Below, in pieces: positions 25,305 to 37,741 of a stretch of 64,000 bases of DNA. The stretch covers positions 62,186,001 to 62,250,000 of the forward strand of contig NC_135812.1 of assembly GCF_964213995.1 (NCBI RefSeq). The letters run 5' to 3'. The notes under the pieces were generated by a model that was not told the origin of the DNA, did not search any database, and saw nothing but the letters and a program-made list of their open reading frames with translations. This stretch comes from Mustelus asterias (lineage: Eukaryota). Positions within the stretch are counted from its first letter, which is position 1. Every line of letters starts with the position of its first letter. A program made the position numbers and the translations under genes.

Positions 25305-26070
25305 TTTTGTGAGTTGAATTATGAGGACCGGTTATATAACCTTGGCATGTGTCCCTTTGGGTATGGAATGGGTGATCTAATCAAGGTGCTTGAAATGTTA
25401 AACAACTTCAATAATCTGGTTGCAGTTTGGTAGAGAACCAAGAACCAGGATGCATAATCTTAAAATTAGAGATAGGCTATTCAGGAGTTGTTGTTGTTTC
25501 CTTCCCGCACCTAGGGTGCACAAGGCAGACTTTCCCATTGCAAGATTTTTCCTGGAATAGATCGCTAGTCTTTCACCAGGAGCTGATAGCTTGAGGGGCG
25601 CCGCTCCACACCAACTGTGGCTGACCAGGAATCTCTCCCACTCTTACCACATGTCTTTGGCATGTGTTGGATGGATTTTGCAGGTTGAAACTCAACCTGT
25701 TTGGCTGCATTTTGAATGTGCCTTCCTTGGCCATCAGGTCCTGGGGTGGGACTCGAACCTGGCACTTCTGGCCCAGAGGGAGGGACATTGCCCACTGTGC
25801 CACAAGACTTCCTCCATTCAGGAGTGGAATTAGGAAAAAACTTTTTCTGAGGAGGAGGGACCATAGAAATATTGAATTATTTTCCTTAGACTGCTGGGAA
25901 AATTGGAGCTTCCAAGGCTGAGATTGATAGATTTTTGTAGGGTAAGGGTATCAAGAGATAGGAAGCTAAGCCAGGTAAATTAAATTAAGGCACAGATCAG
26001 ACAAGATCTAACTGAATGGCAGACTAGGGTCAAGAGGCTGAATGACCGATGGCTCTTCCTATGTTCTATT
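25305..26070 (+). mobile_element. Degenerate CR1 3' fragment split by a minus-strand SINE
   Basis: GGGTGATCTAATCAAGGTG...CATAATCTTAAAATTAGAG on the left; GATTGATAGATTTTTG...AAGGGTATCAAG on the right. Confidence 0.6.
25485..25815 (-). mobile_element. tRNA-derived SINE (third family)
   Basis: Reverse strand TGGCACAGTGG A box, GGTTCGAGTCCC B box, (CAA)n tail; TTCAGGAGT on both flanks. Confidence 0.65.
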
Positions 26071-26639
26071 AAGATGCTGTCCCTATGATACTTGTGATTT
26101 CTTGTAGATGTATTTGATGACAACATAAGGGTGAACGCAACCACAGCTTCAGTGTCTCAAAGTCGGCAACATTGGGACTGAGTCCATGTCAGATTTTGGT
26201 TCTTGCCAGTTTTCAGGTTGGGGGACCCAGGCTGGATCGGGTTGAGTAGTTCAGGCTGGGTCAGGTCGAGCTAGTTTGAGTAGGGTCAGGGGTCACTTGG
26301 AACACTTGGTGCTTGGGAAAAGACTGTTGTGCGGTGTGGCTAACTAGTCTGTTGTATCACCCATGCCAATGCAGCACCTAGCTGAACAAATTAAAATTCA
26401 ACATAACAACTTATAAAAATTGTCCAGTTTTAGACACTCTGGTTTTCAGATAGCCAGATTTGAGACACTGTCCATTTAGAAGAGGGAATATAGAAAGATA
26501 AATTATACCAGCATATCAAGTGGCAGGAACCAGATTTACCACAAGCTCCGAGACTAGAGCCTGGCACAGAATTGGATATGAAGCAATGTGTCCTTTACTC
26601 TACCCCATTAACATATCATATTATATCTGTAGAACTGGG

Positions 26640-26990
26640 GAGATGGCGGCACAGTGGTAGTGTCACCAAACTACTAATCCAGAGGCCCAGGTTAATGCTG
26701 GGTTCAAATTCCACCATGTCATCTGGTAGAATTGAAATTCAATTAATAAAAAATAATCTGGAAATATAAAGCTAGACTCTGTAATGGCGACCATTAAGCT
26801 ATCAATGATTGTCATTTAAAAAACCCATCATGTTCGCTAATGTCCTTTAGGGAAGGAAATCTGCCATCTTTACCTGGTCTGACCTATATCTGATCCAAAC
26901 CCACAGCAATGTGGTCGTCTCTTAATTGCCCTCTTTGAGCTGCCATTCCGTTCAAGGAAAATTTGGGAATACAGCAATGTACATTGCTTG
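26640..26990 (+). mobile_element. tRNA-derived SINE (second family)
   Basis: GGCACAGTGGTAG...GGTTCAAATTCCACCATG head and shared body. Confidence 0.75.
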
Positions 26991-27029
26991 AGATGAATAG
27001 TGTGGATAGATTTCAGGGGAAGCTCCTTT

Positions 27030-27590
27030 TCCTTCTTGTTCATCCTCCCAGGGCGAAGATGACCGCACTCGTCATCTGTGGTGTTCGATAGGGTTCTGAT
27101 GGTGACTGCTAAGGCAGCCCTGCGCACCCGGAAGGTTCTACTGCAAGTAGGACAGGGTCAGCAGATGATTGAGTTGTTAGATTGGGATTTCCTCTGATGC
27201 ATTTTGTCCCTGCCTCTGACATACATTTGCTTTCGAATGAGGCCACACGGTGCCAGATGCAGTGATCCTGGGCAAGCCTCCCCCAGGACCTGAAGTTGAT
27301 ATCAAAACTCCTAAATGAATCCTTCAGAGTGTCCCTGTAGCACTTCTTTTGACCGCCATAAGCATGCACCACAGACTCGAGCTCTCAACAGAAGATTTGC
27401 TTTGTTTAGTGAATATTTATCTAGCATTCTGGTTGCAGAATCAGCCCAACTCAATTGTGACTGTCTCAGAATGATGCAAATGCTCGGCAATGCCAGCTCG
27501 GGTGAGCATCTCAGTGTCCGGTATTGTGTCCTGCCATTTGATCTTCAGCAACTTCCGGAGGCCACTCTGGTGAAAATGTATTGGGAAATT
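27030..27590 (-). mobile_element. RTE-clade LINE 3' fragment
   Basis: Minus peptide GGQKKCYRDTLKDSFRSFDINFRSWGRLAQDHCIW resembles the RTE ORF C-terminus (GGQKKRYKDTLK...WE.LA.DR..W). Confidence 0.75.
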
Positions 27591-28729
27591 AGATAAGTAC
27601 AGGAGGGAGAAAATAATAGAAGGATCTGATGGTGAAATAGGATGAGCTGGGGTGGACTATAGGCACCGCATAAAAGAGTTGGGCCAAATGGCCTGTTTGT
27701 TGGTGTAAATTCTATTTAGTATGAAATGACAACATTGTAACCAATCTTTCTCAAAAGGTGAGTGACTTAATCTCAGTGCCAAAAGTAATACTTTGTTTTT
27801 CCACCTTCTGTCCATCTCTGCCTTATTTCGGTCAGCACCCGTCTCTAAATTTAAAAATTAAGCACTCTGTAGAGACAGTTTTTCTCAGAAAGATTAATGT
27901 CACTTTAATAGTAATGTCATGTTGTTAATGACAATGAGAAACAGAGTTTGTTCAAATGGGTCCATTTACCTAATCACCCTGATGTGACCTTTCTGATCAA
28001 ATAGCAAATCTAAGTTTGGATCCTCTGGAGAAGTGCTGCACCCAGTTCAACAGTTCACCAGATGCTGACAAGCTTATCACTGATTCTGTGATACCATCTT
28101 TTATCAGAGGTTCTAGGAATGTTGAAGGCTGAAGTTTTGACTTTACATTGGACTCCAAAAAAATAAAATCCCTTTCTGTTCTACCAGATTAAACATATCT
28201 GCACCAGATTGGTGAATGTGAACAGATTGTTATGATTGAAAGTTTGATAGACAGAATGGTTCCTATGAAAGTTGGCACAATTGGCGGGTGAGAGACTGGT
28301 CTGTATTTATCAAGATCTGATTTCCATCTCCTTTGATGTGAAAAGTGCGATATTTGCTGATTTTCACACAAATGGGACAGTTCTGCTTGACAGCCAATCT
28401 GAATAAATGAGCTTGGAGAGTCTGCAGGGTTGCCCAGCATCTATCCTTGGCCCCATCATTTTCTTTGTCTACATGTAGCCCCTTTGTGATAGCATCCACA
28501 GGCATAGGGTCAGCCTTCCATGACCTTGCTGGAACATGCTGTTCCACCCATCCCGACCCCGCTGAGCTGTCAGACTACTCATTCTATCTCCAGTCACCAA
28601 GGAATCCACAATTTCCTCCAGTTAAATATGGGGAGGACAGAAGGCCCCACCATAAACTCAGTACCTTCACCCTTACCACAGCCACTGTCTTAGGCTGAAC
28701 AAGACAATGCACTTTTAACACATTTTCAA

Positions 28730-29340
28730 CCATAAGTTGAACTGCCGAACCCATATATATCCATCACAAAGATTATTTCCACCTCCATAACAAGGCACAT
28801 TTCTATCCCTGCCTCAGTCAGTCTGCTGCCAAAAACCTCAGCTATGCTTTTGGTACTGACAAGCTTGATGGCTCCAGTGATCTCTTAACTCTCTCCCCTT
28901 ACATCCTCCACCCTCTATAAACCTCAGCTTAACTAAAAGTCTGATGCCTATTCCCAATCTCACAACAAATCAGACTTGTACCCCATCCCTGTCAACTCAA
29001 ATAGGCTTGCAATTTCCCAACCCCTGAAATATAAAATTCTCTGCATTATATTTGATCCTTTAATGGCCTTTCCCTTCCTATCTCTGGAACCTCATCCACC
29101 CTTTTATGCTCCCTAGGACTCTCTCTTCTCCTCATTCTGGACTGACTCTGAACCTCCTCTCCCTTTGCTCAGCATTGGCACTTGTGCCCTCAGCCACCTC
29201 AGCCTCATGCTCAGGAATTCCCTCCCTAGACCTTTCCACATCTTCTGCTCCTCCTCTAAGACATCCCTTAAAGCCCCCCACTTTGGCCCAGTTCATAGTC
29301 ATCCTTCAGCCCCCATTTTTATCTGATTGTGAAGAGCTTT
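28730..29340 (+). mobile_element. Degenerate L2-clade LINE 3' fragment
   Basis: TATTTCCACCTCCATAAC...TATGCTTTTGGTACTGACAAGCTTGAT resembles the L2 YFHLRNI...HAFVTSRLD segment. Confidence 0.6.
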
Positions 29341-29649
29341 GTATATTTTTCTCAAAGAAAATAGTCCATAAATTCATAGAATTGGTGATTTATTGAAATT
29401 GGTATAGATTAGGAATATAAACATATGCTGAAACTGGGTAATTTGGACAACAAGAGCAAGCCTTCCCAGTGATGTTCACATCCCAAGAACAGTTTATTTT
29501 TTAAAAAAAGGACATTAAAAGCATTACTTCTCTGAAGGTATCAGTTTTTAGAATAGTTTATAAAGAGAGCTTCTGGGGACAAACCTAGGTTTAAGATTGA
29601 AATGGACAAGGTATCATCAGTTATAACAGGGTTACTTGGACCAACAGTC

Positions 29650-29960
29650 TTTTTCTGACAGAAAAGCAGAGTGTTGGAAAAGCTGAACAAATCCAGCAAC
29701 ATCTGTGGAAAGAGAAATGCAGAATTAACACACGGATTTTCCATGTCCCTGCGGCGTGTTCCACGGCAGCGGAAGCAGCCCACCATTGGCCAGAAGATCC
29801 CACCGTTGTTAGCGAGGTTTCCCATTCTATGCACCCCCCACTGCCCGGAAACCTGCAGTGGGGGTTCACCGTTGGCAGGGCCAGAAGATCCCGCTGACGA
29901 GAACAGACAGAAAATTCCGGCAAACGTTTTGAGTCCAAAGGACTCTTCTTCGGAACATGG
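29650..29960 (-). mobile_element. Second Penelope-type pLTR remnant with a degenerate hammerhead, split by a MITE (about 29732-29921)
   Basis: Reverse strand GTT-CCGAAGA-A-GAGTCC-TTT-GGACTC-AAAA-CGTT, then after the MITE TTCTCTTTCCACAGATGTTGCTGG. Confidence 0.55.
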
Positions 29961-30385
29961 AAGAGTCTTTTCTGTGTTTCAAATCTTTTAAAGTCAATGC
30001 TTCCCTTCCTTGACCCAGGCAACCATAACACCTCCACCATCTCCTCCCACCACACCTCCATCTCACCAAATATCTCTTGACCTCTCCACTGCCTCTATGT
30101 TGCCAGACTGCTTGTCTATATGCAATCACGGAGGAGCCTCGATGTGATTGATGGCATTGCTCTAGTTCAGTGACACCCTTGACACCTGATCTTGAAGTTC
30201 AAATGAAACTCCAAGGAGTATGAAGCCCGACATCAGTAATCATTTTGAATGTATTCCTTAGAGCACATTTATGAATTGAAAAGATCAAAGTAGATTTTAG
30301 ACTTCTATCCCTGATAACTGATTCCAGCACTCTGTCAGGGATAGGCTTCCCTGTAGTTATCACTTCTTTCTCATTTAGGATAATG

Positions 30386-30518
30386 GGGCACGATCTTACC
30401 ACCTGTTCATGCTATGCCTCCACTGTAGCGAGGTGGGAGAATTTGGCAGCCAGCCAGCCAAATCTCCATCCACTGCGGTGGGATGGGAAAATCCCACCGG
30501 CGTGAACAGTGGAAAGAT
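30386..30518. mobile_element. Short MITE, subfamily A
   Basis: GGGGCACGATCTTACC start; reverse-complement similarity to 13495-13630. Confidence 0.6.
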
Positions 30519-31734
30519 AATATTTCTAATTTTTAACAAATACCACAGTGTCCAGGGGAATTGTGGATCTGTTTGCTATCGGATCCCAATCTTCTTCTGT
30601 TTCATCTTGCAATAAGACCTTGCAATTGGCCTTGCTTTCAAGCTAGCAGTGTGAAGATAGTCCTCACAGTTGTGACTGAAATACATGCTGAGAAACATTC
30701 TTATTTTATTCCAATGTGTTAATAGGTACATTTTGGCTACATGGTATGCCCTCCGCTCCTACTGCTTTACCCAAGAGAGAACAGAGAACAAGTAAGAAAT
30801 TAGATGGAAGAGAAAGGATTATTTTTTTATGTTGTCATAAATTGCCCAGGCCATTTTACAACAGGCTATGAAACAAAACTGGCATTTCAAAGCAGATAGC
30901 AAGTCAGAGGGTAGTGCAGGATGTTCCAAACTGTACAACAGTGATTGGAAAAAAGGTATCAAGGGAGAATTTTGGATTGTAGTAAACATTTCTCCTGACC
31001 TATTAGCGTAGGCAGCATTATGCAAACCAGTCCTTCCTTTCACAGCAAAGAATAACATCGCCTTAGCCACCTGAATGATTGTCAGTCACCAAGAATACTT
31101 CATTCTTTTCTTCATGACTTACAAAATGATCTTATTGGTCTATGATTACAAAAGAACCTGAAGAGATACAGGTTGTTTGTACATTTGTTGCAGTCTTGCC
31201 TGCCCATCATGTTCTAGACATTTGTGGTCATTGAGTGGCTTGAGGTCCTCCATAATCACAGGTAACTCCAAAAGAAAAGAAGGAAGTATCAAGTATAGAG
31301 GTCCGGCTCGAAGTATTCGGATTAATCACATTTACCTCAATCATTAAAGTTGACTAAATAATTATCTTACACATTCTAGTACAAGAGGCATCAATTGAAA
31401 TGAACTGAGAGAGAATGTAGAGACATTTGGAGTATGTTTTGGAAAACTCAAGTCGCATGAGCAGTGTAGGGAACAGTTTGATTCTCTCATTTCCCCATTC
31501 CTGACCAATTGACACTTGTGTCCTGTACCCATCATGCTTTTGTTCCATTTCTTCTTCTACCTGGACCACAGCAGGGTTCTGCCGACTCGACACAGTCTTC
31601 TCCGAGCACTCACATTTCCTGTGCATACCTTCCAAGTCCTTTAGAACATAAAGGAATGAGCAGTTATATTACAGAATTAGTTTTCCTGGAATGAACTGAA
31701 ATTTTCTTTCATGAACTCTTTTGTTTTTGTTCAG

Positions 31735-31761
31735 AAAGTCGACCAGAAACAAAAACCTCAG
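31735..31761 (+). CDS. Candidate 27-nt in-frame microexon (KVDQKQKPQ) of CACNA1G
   Basis: ctcttttgtttttgttcag|AAAGTCGACCAGAAACAAAAACCTCAG|gtaaat; phase 0-0, stop-free, in a repeat-poor stretch; no transcript evidence available. Confidence 0.5.
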
Positions 31762-33124
31762 GTAAATAATTTAGACCTAGTGCATTCCTTGCCTGCTTGC
31801 CAGCTAAATATAGATGATAGGCTGATGATGACTGGATTGTTGGCTTGTTGCTGCCATGGTGTTGTGGCACTATAGGCATAGAGAGAATCTTGGCGCTCTT
31901 GGGTGTCTGTCAGTTTCTGGTTTGCTACTTTATTCTGTCGCAGCTCTTGTTGGGCTCTGGGTCTGAAATCCTACATCTCTTTGCTTGCTCTCATGTTTAG
32001 ATTACAATAGGCCAAAAGTCACAACCTCCCCCCGTGTCTTTTAATTGTTGCAACAATTATTACAACAAGCAGCCATATGCTATTTATTGTCTACGAAGAA
32101 ATTACAGTTTTGCTTGGCGGAGAGGCACATAGGACGTGGGTCAGCATTCACAACTGTTTAAGGTGTTAGCCTGAATTCACAATGAAGCCTCAAGTCTGGA
32201 GCCAACCCTGTACAACATGCTCCACAAGGAATGCAGATTGGCAAATGAAGATTTTTTTGCAACATGAACTAAATCAGTCCATAAATAAACCTGGTCCATT
32301 GGAGAAGCGAGCAATAGATCATTGGTTGCAATGTTTGTTGGTTAAATCACGCAATATCTCAAACTGAGACCCCAAAGGAGTTGAATTTGGTTATTTTGGG
32401 CCCAAATCCACTGGCATTTTAGATTCATTGATGCCTATCCTTTATAAAAAGTGATGAGTGCACAGAGAGTTACACTTCCTGTTCATGATCAATGGCATTA
32501 TCTATATTCTATCATTGTAATGATTTGATAAGTGTCAAAACTAAAGATGATTTTTCGATTAAAAAAACATTTTCTCAATGACACACATCTCCCCCCTTAT
32601 TTAACTGTTAATGATCTAACAATAGAGTCGGTTACAATGTGATCTAAAGGATGTGAGTGGTGAGCTTGGTGATGAGGTGGTTGGAGAGCTCACTGCACCT
32701 TTACAGCTCACATTCTGACACTTGCACTCCTGTGTATAATTCCAGAGCTTCAATCAATAAAAGTATACGAAAGAAAATGTGTAAAATATTTCCCATTTCA
32801 AGGTGTTGTTATCTAGCTTTACAGCATGATAGGATGCAAAGTGAGTGCAGATGGGAAAGATAGCATGAAGCCAAGCTGCTATGCTGCGATGTGCATGCAC
32901 AGTCTGAAACTTCCTCGCTACGTTTGAGGACCTAGAAAGTCTATCCTTTGATATATAATGAGCGCAAGTGAATGATGGAGCAGATTAATTCTTGTTCAAG
33001 CTTTAGTGTACCGATTTAAACAGCATGGATTCTTTCTGTAGTTTTATCCTCAGTACACACTCTGATATAAAGCTGAATCCAACCATTTTTAAAGCAGCTG
33101 TCCATTATCATTTGACCATGGGAT

Positions 33125-33560
33125 GTCAGCTATAGCTCTGTTGGAAGCCCTCACTTCACAAACTGAAGATTATAGGTTCACGTCCCACCGCAGAGACTTG
33201 TGTACAAAAGATCAAGTTTGACACCGGTGCAGTGTTGAGGGAGAGCTGCACTGTTGGAGGTTTTGTCTTTTAGGTGAGATGCTAAACTGAAGCCTCCTCT
33301 ATCTGTCAAGTGGGTGTAAAAGATCTCTGCACTGTTTCAAGAACGAACAGTGAGGGGCGGGGGGGGGAGTACCCAGTGTCCTGTTCAATATTTATTCCTC
33401 AAGCAATTTCTCTAAAACAAATCATTATCACATCGCTATTCGGGAGATTGTAACTGTGTGCAACTTGGGTGCCGTGTTTCCCACATTACAACAATGCCTA
33501 CACTTTAAAACATTTTCTGAAGTCCTGAGGTCATGAAAGGCATACATGAAGATCTTCATT
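33125..33560 (+). mobile_element. Deu-domain SINE (SacSINE1-like)
   Basis: B box GGTTCACGTCCCAC, Deu-like TGCAGTGTTGAGGGAGAGCTGCACTGTTGGAGG...GTAAAAGATC, L2-like tail. Confidence 0.7.
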
Positions 33561-36043
33561 TTTATGTTAGCCAAGATACAGGGAAGCACTATAAACTCTG
33601 CCTTCTCAACCAAATTCTGTTTTTGTTTTATATTTTCTGAGGTGCAGAGCACAGTGAACGGAAACACAAAATGCCACAATGGTTCCGAAGTTTATTCCAC
33701 ACTGCTGTGGTTATAGGCTGAGTGGCTGGCTCTCCCAACATTACCTGATCTATGGATGATGAGTGCAAATGGTTTTCACTCGAACTACTGACTAGTGAGG
33801 GTCGGGGAGGGGGGTCCTGTGCTGGCTCACTATATGGGTGGAAAGCTGCCAACACCTCCATTTTGCCACACATCTTTGAGATGGTTGTGCCAGAAGTAAC
33901 ATCTGCTAGAAGACACACTAAATTGTGATGCTAGAAGAAGAGGTTATTAAGACGAGGAGATGCAAGTATCGAAAATGAGCAGCTCAGAAGAAAGGTGGTG
34001 TAGCACCAGGAGAGAGGAGAGGGAAGAACTAACATCATCCAACTAGTCCTGTTAATGTGAGGTTTCTTGCTGAATGACACAGTTAGAAAGTCACATTATG
34101 GCCCCCGCCCCTAGTGTCAGTATGCGTGGCTCAAGAACATCTAAATAGTTAAGTGGCATGGGTGGAGGAGACAACAGTAATCTTTACAAAATGTGGAAAC
34201 ATTTAATGCAGACATTTAATTTCATTGTAGTCATTTTCTCAGTCTTCAAAAAAGCTATTTGAACCTTACTCCACAGAGATAATCCCTAATCGACAATAAA
34301 TTAAACCTCAGAAAAAGTGAGTCAAGATGCTACAATTGATAGTAAGAATCAAATAAAATGAAAAAAAGGTTACAGTGGGTTGATACATTTTACGTTCTGC
34401 AAGATGTTTGCTTTTCAACCGGAATTTTGCCTAACTGATAAATAAACTGCCTGCTGTGCTTCAACGGGTGGCATTCTCTCCCAAGCTACATCAGAAGCTT
34501 GTGGATTCAAGTCTCAGAACAGAGATTCAAGTACAAAATCCAGGCTTACTATTTAGAGCAGTACTGAGGGAGTGCAATGCTGTCTTCCTGACAAGATGTT
34601 AAACTGACTGTCCTACTGGGTGTAAAAGATTCCATGGTGCTATATCAAAGAAGGGCTGAGATTTCTGACCAATATTTATCCTTCAACAAACATTAATGAA
34701 AGGTTATGAAATGGATACAGAACTGGCTTGGCCATAGAAGACAGAGGGTTGCAGTAGAGGAGTACTTTTCTGAATGGAAGGCTGTGACTAGCGGTGTTCC
34801 ACAGGGATCAGTTCTGGGACCTTTGTTGTTTGTAATATATATATATAAATGATTTGGAGGAAAATGTAGCTGGTCTGATTTGTAAGTTCGCAGATGACAC
34901 AAAAATTGGTGGAGTTGCGGATAGTGAAGAGGATTGTTAGAGGATACAGCAAGATATAGACCGGTTGGAGACTTGGGCAGAGAAATGGCCCAAATCTCCT
35001 GATAGAGTTTAATCCGGAAAAAATGCATTTTGGAAAGCCTAATGCATGTAGAAATTATACAGTAAATGGAGAACCCTTAGGTGTATTGACAGGCAGAGAG
35101 ATCTGGGCATATATGTCCGCAATCTCTCAAAATGGCAACGCAGCTGGATAAGGTAGTCAGGAAAGCATACGGCATGCTTGCCCTCATCGGTCGAGACATT
35201 GAGTATAAAAACTGGCAGGTCATGCTGCAGCTGTACAGAACCTTAGTTAGGCCTTATTTAGAATATTGTGTACAATTCTGGTCGCCACATTACCAGAGGG
35301 GTGTGGATGCTTTGGAGAGGGTACAGAAGAGGTTTACCAAGATGTTGCCTGGTCTGGTGGGTATTAGCTACGAGGAGAGTTGGATAAACTGGGTTTGTTC
35401 TCACTGGAACGACGGAGGTTGAGGGGTGACCTGATAGAGATTTACTAGATTATGACAGGTATGACAGATAATGAGACAGATAAAATTAATGATCTTCTTG
35501 TGAGGGATCCTCTTGGAATGAGTGATCACAATATGGTTGAATTTCTAATACAAATGGAGGGTGAGAAAGTAGGGTCCCAAACCAGTGTTCTCTGCTTGAA
35601 CAGAGGGGAGTACAATAGGATGAGGGCAGAATTGGCTAATGTAGACTGGGAGCGCAGACTAGTTGGTAGGACAGCTGAGCAACAGGGGCGGATTTCTAAG
35701 GAGATTTTTCTCAGTACTCAGCAAAAATATATTCCTGTGATAAAGAAGGAATGTAAGAAAAGGGATAACCAGCCATGGATAACTAAGGAGAGTATTAAAT
35801 TAAAAACCGATGCGTACAGAGTGGCCAAAACTAGTGGGGAATTAGAAGATTGGGAAAGCTTTAAAAAACAACAAAGAACTACTAAGAAAGCGATAAAGAA
35901 AGGAAAGCTAGATTATGAAACTAAACTAGCACAAAATATAAAAACTGATAGTAAAAGTTTTTACAAATATATAAAAAGGAAAAGAGTAGCTAAAGTAAAT
36001 GTTCGACCCTTAGAAGACGAGAAGGGGGATTTAATAATGGGAA

Positions 36044-37741
36044 ATGAGGGAAACGGCCGAGGCCTTAAACAAGTTTTTTGTGTCGGTCTTCACGGTAGAG
36101 GACACAAATAGCTTACCGAAAATTGACGGTCGTGGGACTGTAGGGGGTGAGGTCCTTAAAACGATTACTATTACTAAAGAGGTAGTGCTTGGTAGGCTAA
36201 TGGGACTAAAGGTAGACAAGTCCCTGAGCCCGGATGGAATGCATCCCAGGGTACTGAAAGAAATGGCAGAAGTAATAGCAGATGCGTTGGTTGTAATTTA
36301 TCAAAATTCGCTGGACTTTGGGGAAGTGCCGGCTGATTGGAAAACAGCTAATGTGACGCCACTGTTTAAAAAAGGAGGTAAACAAAAGGCGGGTAACTAC
36401 AGGCCAGTTAGCTTAATGTCTGTAGTTGGGAAATTGCTGGAATCCATCATTAAAGAAGAAATAGCAGGACACCTGGAAAAAAATGGTTCGATCAAGCAGA
36501 CGGAGCATGGATTCATGAAGGGAAAGTCGTGTTTGACGAATTTACTGGATTTTTATGAAGATGTTAAGAGTGCGGTTGACAGAGGGGATGTGGTGTTTTT
36601 GGATTTCCAGAAGGCGTTCGATAAGGTGCCTCACAAAAGGTTGCTGCAGAAGATTAAGGTACACGGAGTTGGGGGTAAAGCGTTAGCGTGGATTGAGGAT
36701 TGGCTATCTAACAGAATAGTCCAACGCCGGCATCTCCACATCATATCTAACAGGAAGCAGAGAGTTGGAATAAATGGGTGCTTTTCTGGTTGGCAGACTA
36801 GTGGCGTGCCGCAGGGATCAGTGCTGGGGCCTCAACTGTTTACCATATACATAGACTATCTGGAGGAGGGGACCGAGTGTAGGGTAACAAAGTTTGCAGA
36901 TGACACAAAGATGAGTGGGAAAGCGAATTGCGTGGAGGATGCGGAAATTCTGCAGAGAGATTTGGATAGGCTAAGTGAGTGGGCGAGGATCTGGCAGATG
37001 GAGCATAACGTTGACAAGTGTGAGGTTATCCACTTTGGAAGGAATAATAGTAAAATGGACTATTATTTAAATGGTGAAAAATTACAACATGCTCCTATGC
37101 AGAGGGACCTGGGGGTCCTTGTGCATGAATCGCAGAAACTCAGTTTGCAGGTGCAGCAGGTGATCAAGAGGGCAAATGGAATGTTGGCCTTTATTGCAAA
37201 GGGGATGGAGTATAAAAGCAGGGAGGTCTTGCTGCAATTGTACAAAGTACTGGTGAGGCCGCAACTGGAGTACTGTGTACAATTTTGGTCCCCTTGTTTG
37301 CGAAAGGATATATTGGCCTTGAAGGGAGTACAGAGAAGTTTCACCAGGTTGATACCGGAGATGAGGGGGTTATCTTATGAGGAGAGATTGAGTAGATTGG
37401 GCCTGTACTCGTTGGAGTTTAGAAGGCTGAGGGGAGATCTTATAGAGACATATAAGATAATGAAGGGGCTAGACAGGGTAGAGGCAGAGAGATTCTTTCC
37501 ACTTAGAAAGGAAACAAGAACTAGCCTCAAAATAAGGGGGAGTCAGTTTAGAACAGAGTTGAGGAGGAACTTCTTCTCTCAGAGGGTAGTGAATCTCTGG
37601 AATTCTCTGCCCATTGAAGCAGTGGAGGCTACCTCGTTAAATATGTTTAAGACAAAGGTAGATAAATTTCTGATCAATAAGGGAATTAAGGGTTATGGGG
37701 AGCGGGTAAGTGGAACTAAACCACTATCAGATCAGCCATGA
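36044..37741 (+). pseudogene. CR1 ORF2 reverse transcriptase reading frame (565 aa, defective copy)
   Basis: Motifs NYRPVSL, FLDFQKAFDKV, SGVPQGSVLGP and KFADDTK. Confidence 0.9.
36715..36743 (+). mobile_element. 29-nt Penelope-like tail-only insertion
   Basis: AATAGTCCAACGCCGGCATCTCCACATCA between perfect 10-bp TSDs TATCTAACAG (36705-36714, 36744-36753). Confidence 0.9.

Noticed and set aside
35452-37741. Long ORFs as a host gene or active LINE
   Set aside because: 5'-truncated CR1 ORF2 with a frameshift, small deletions and a foreign insertion
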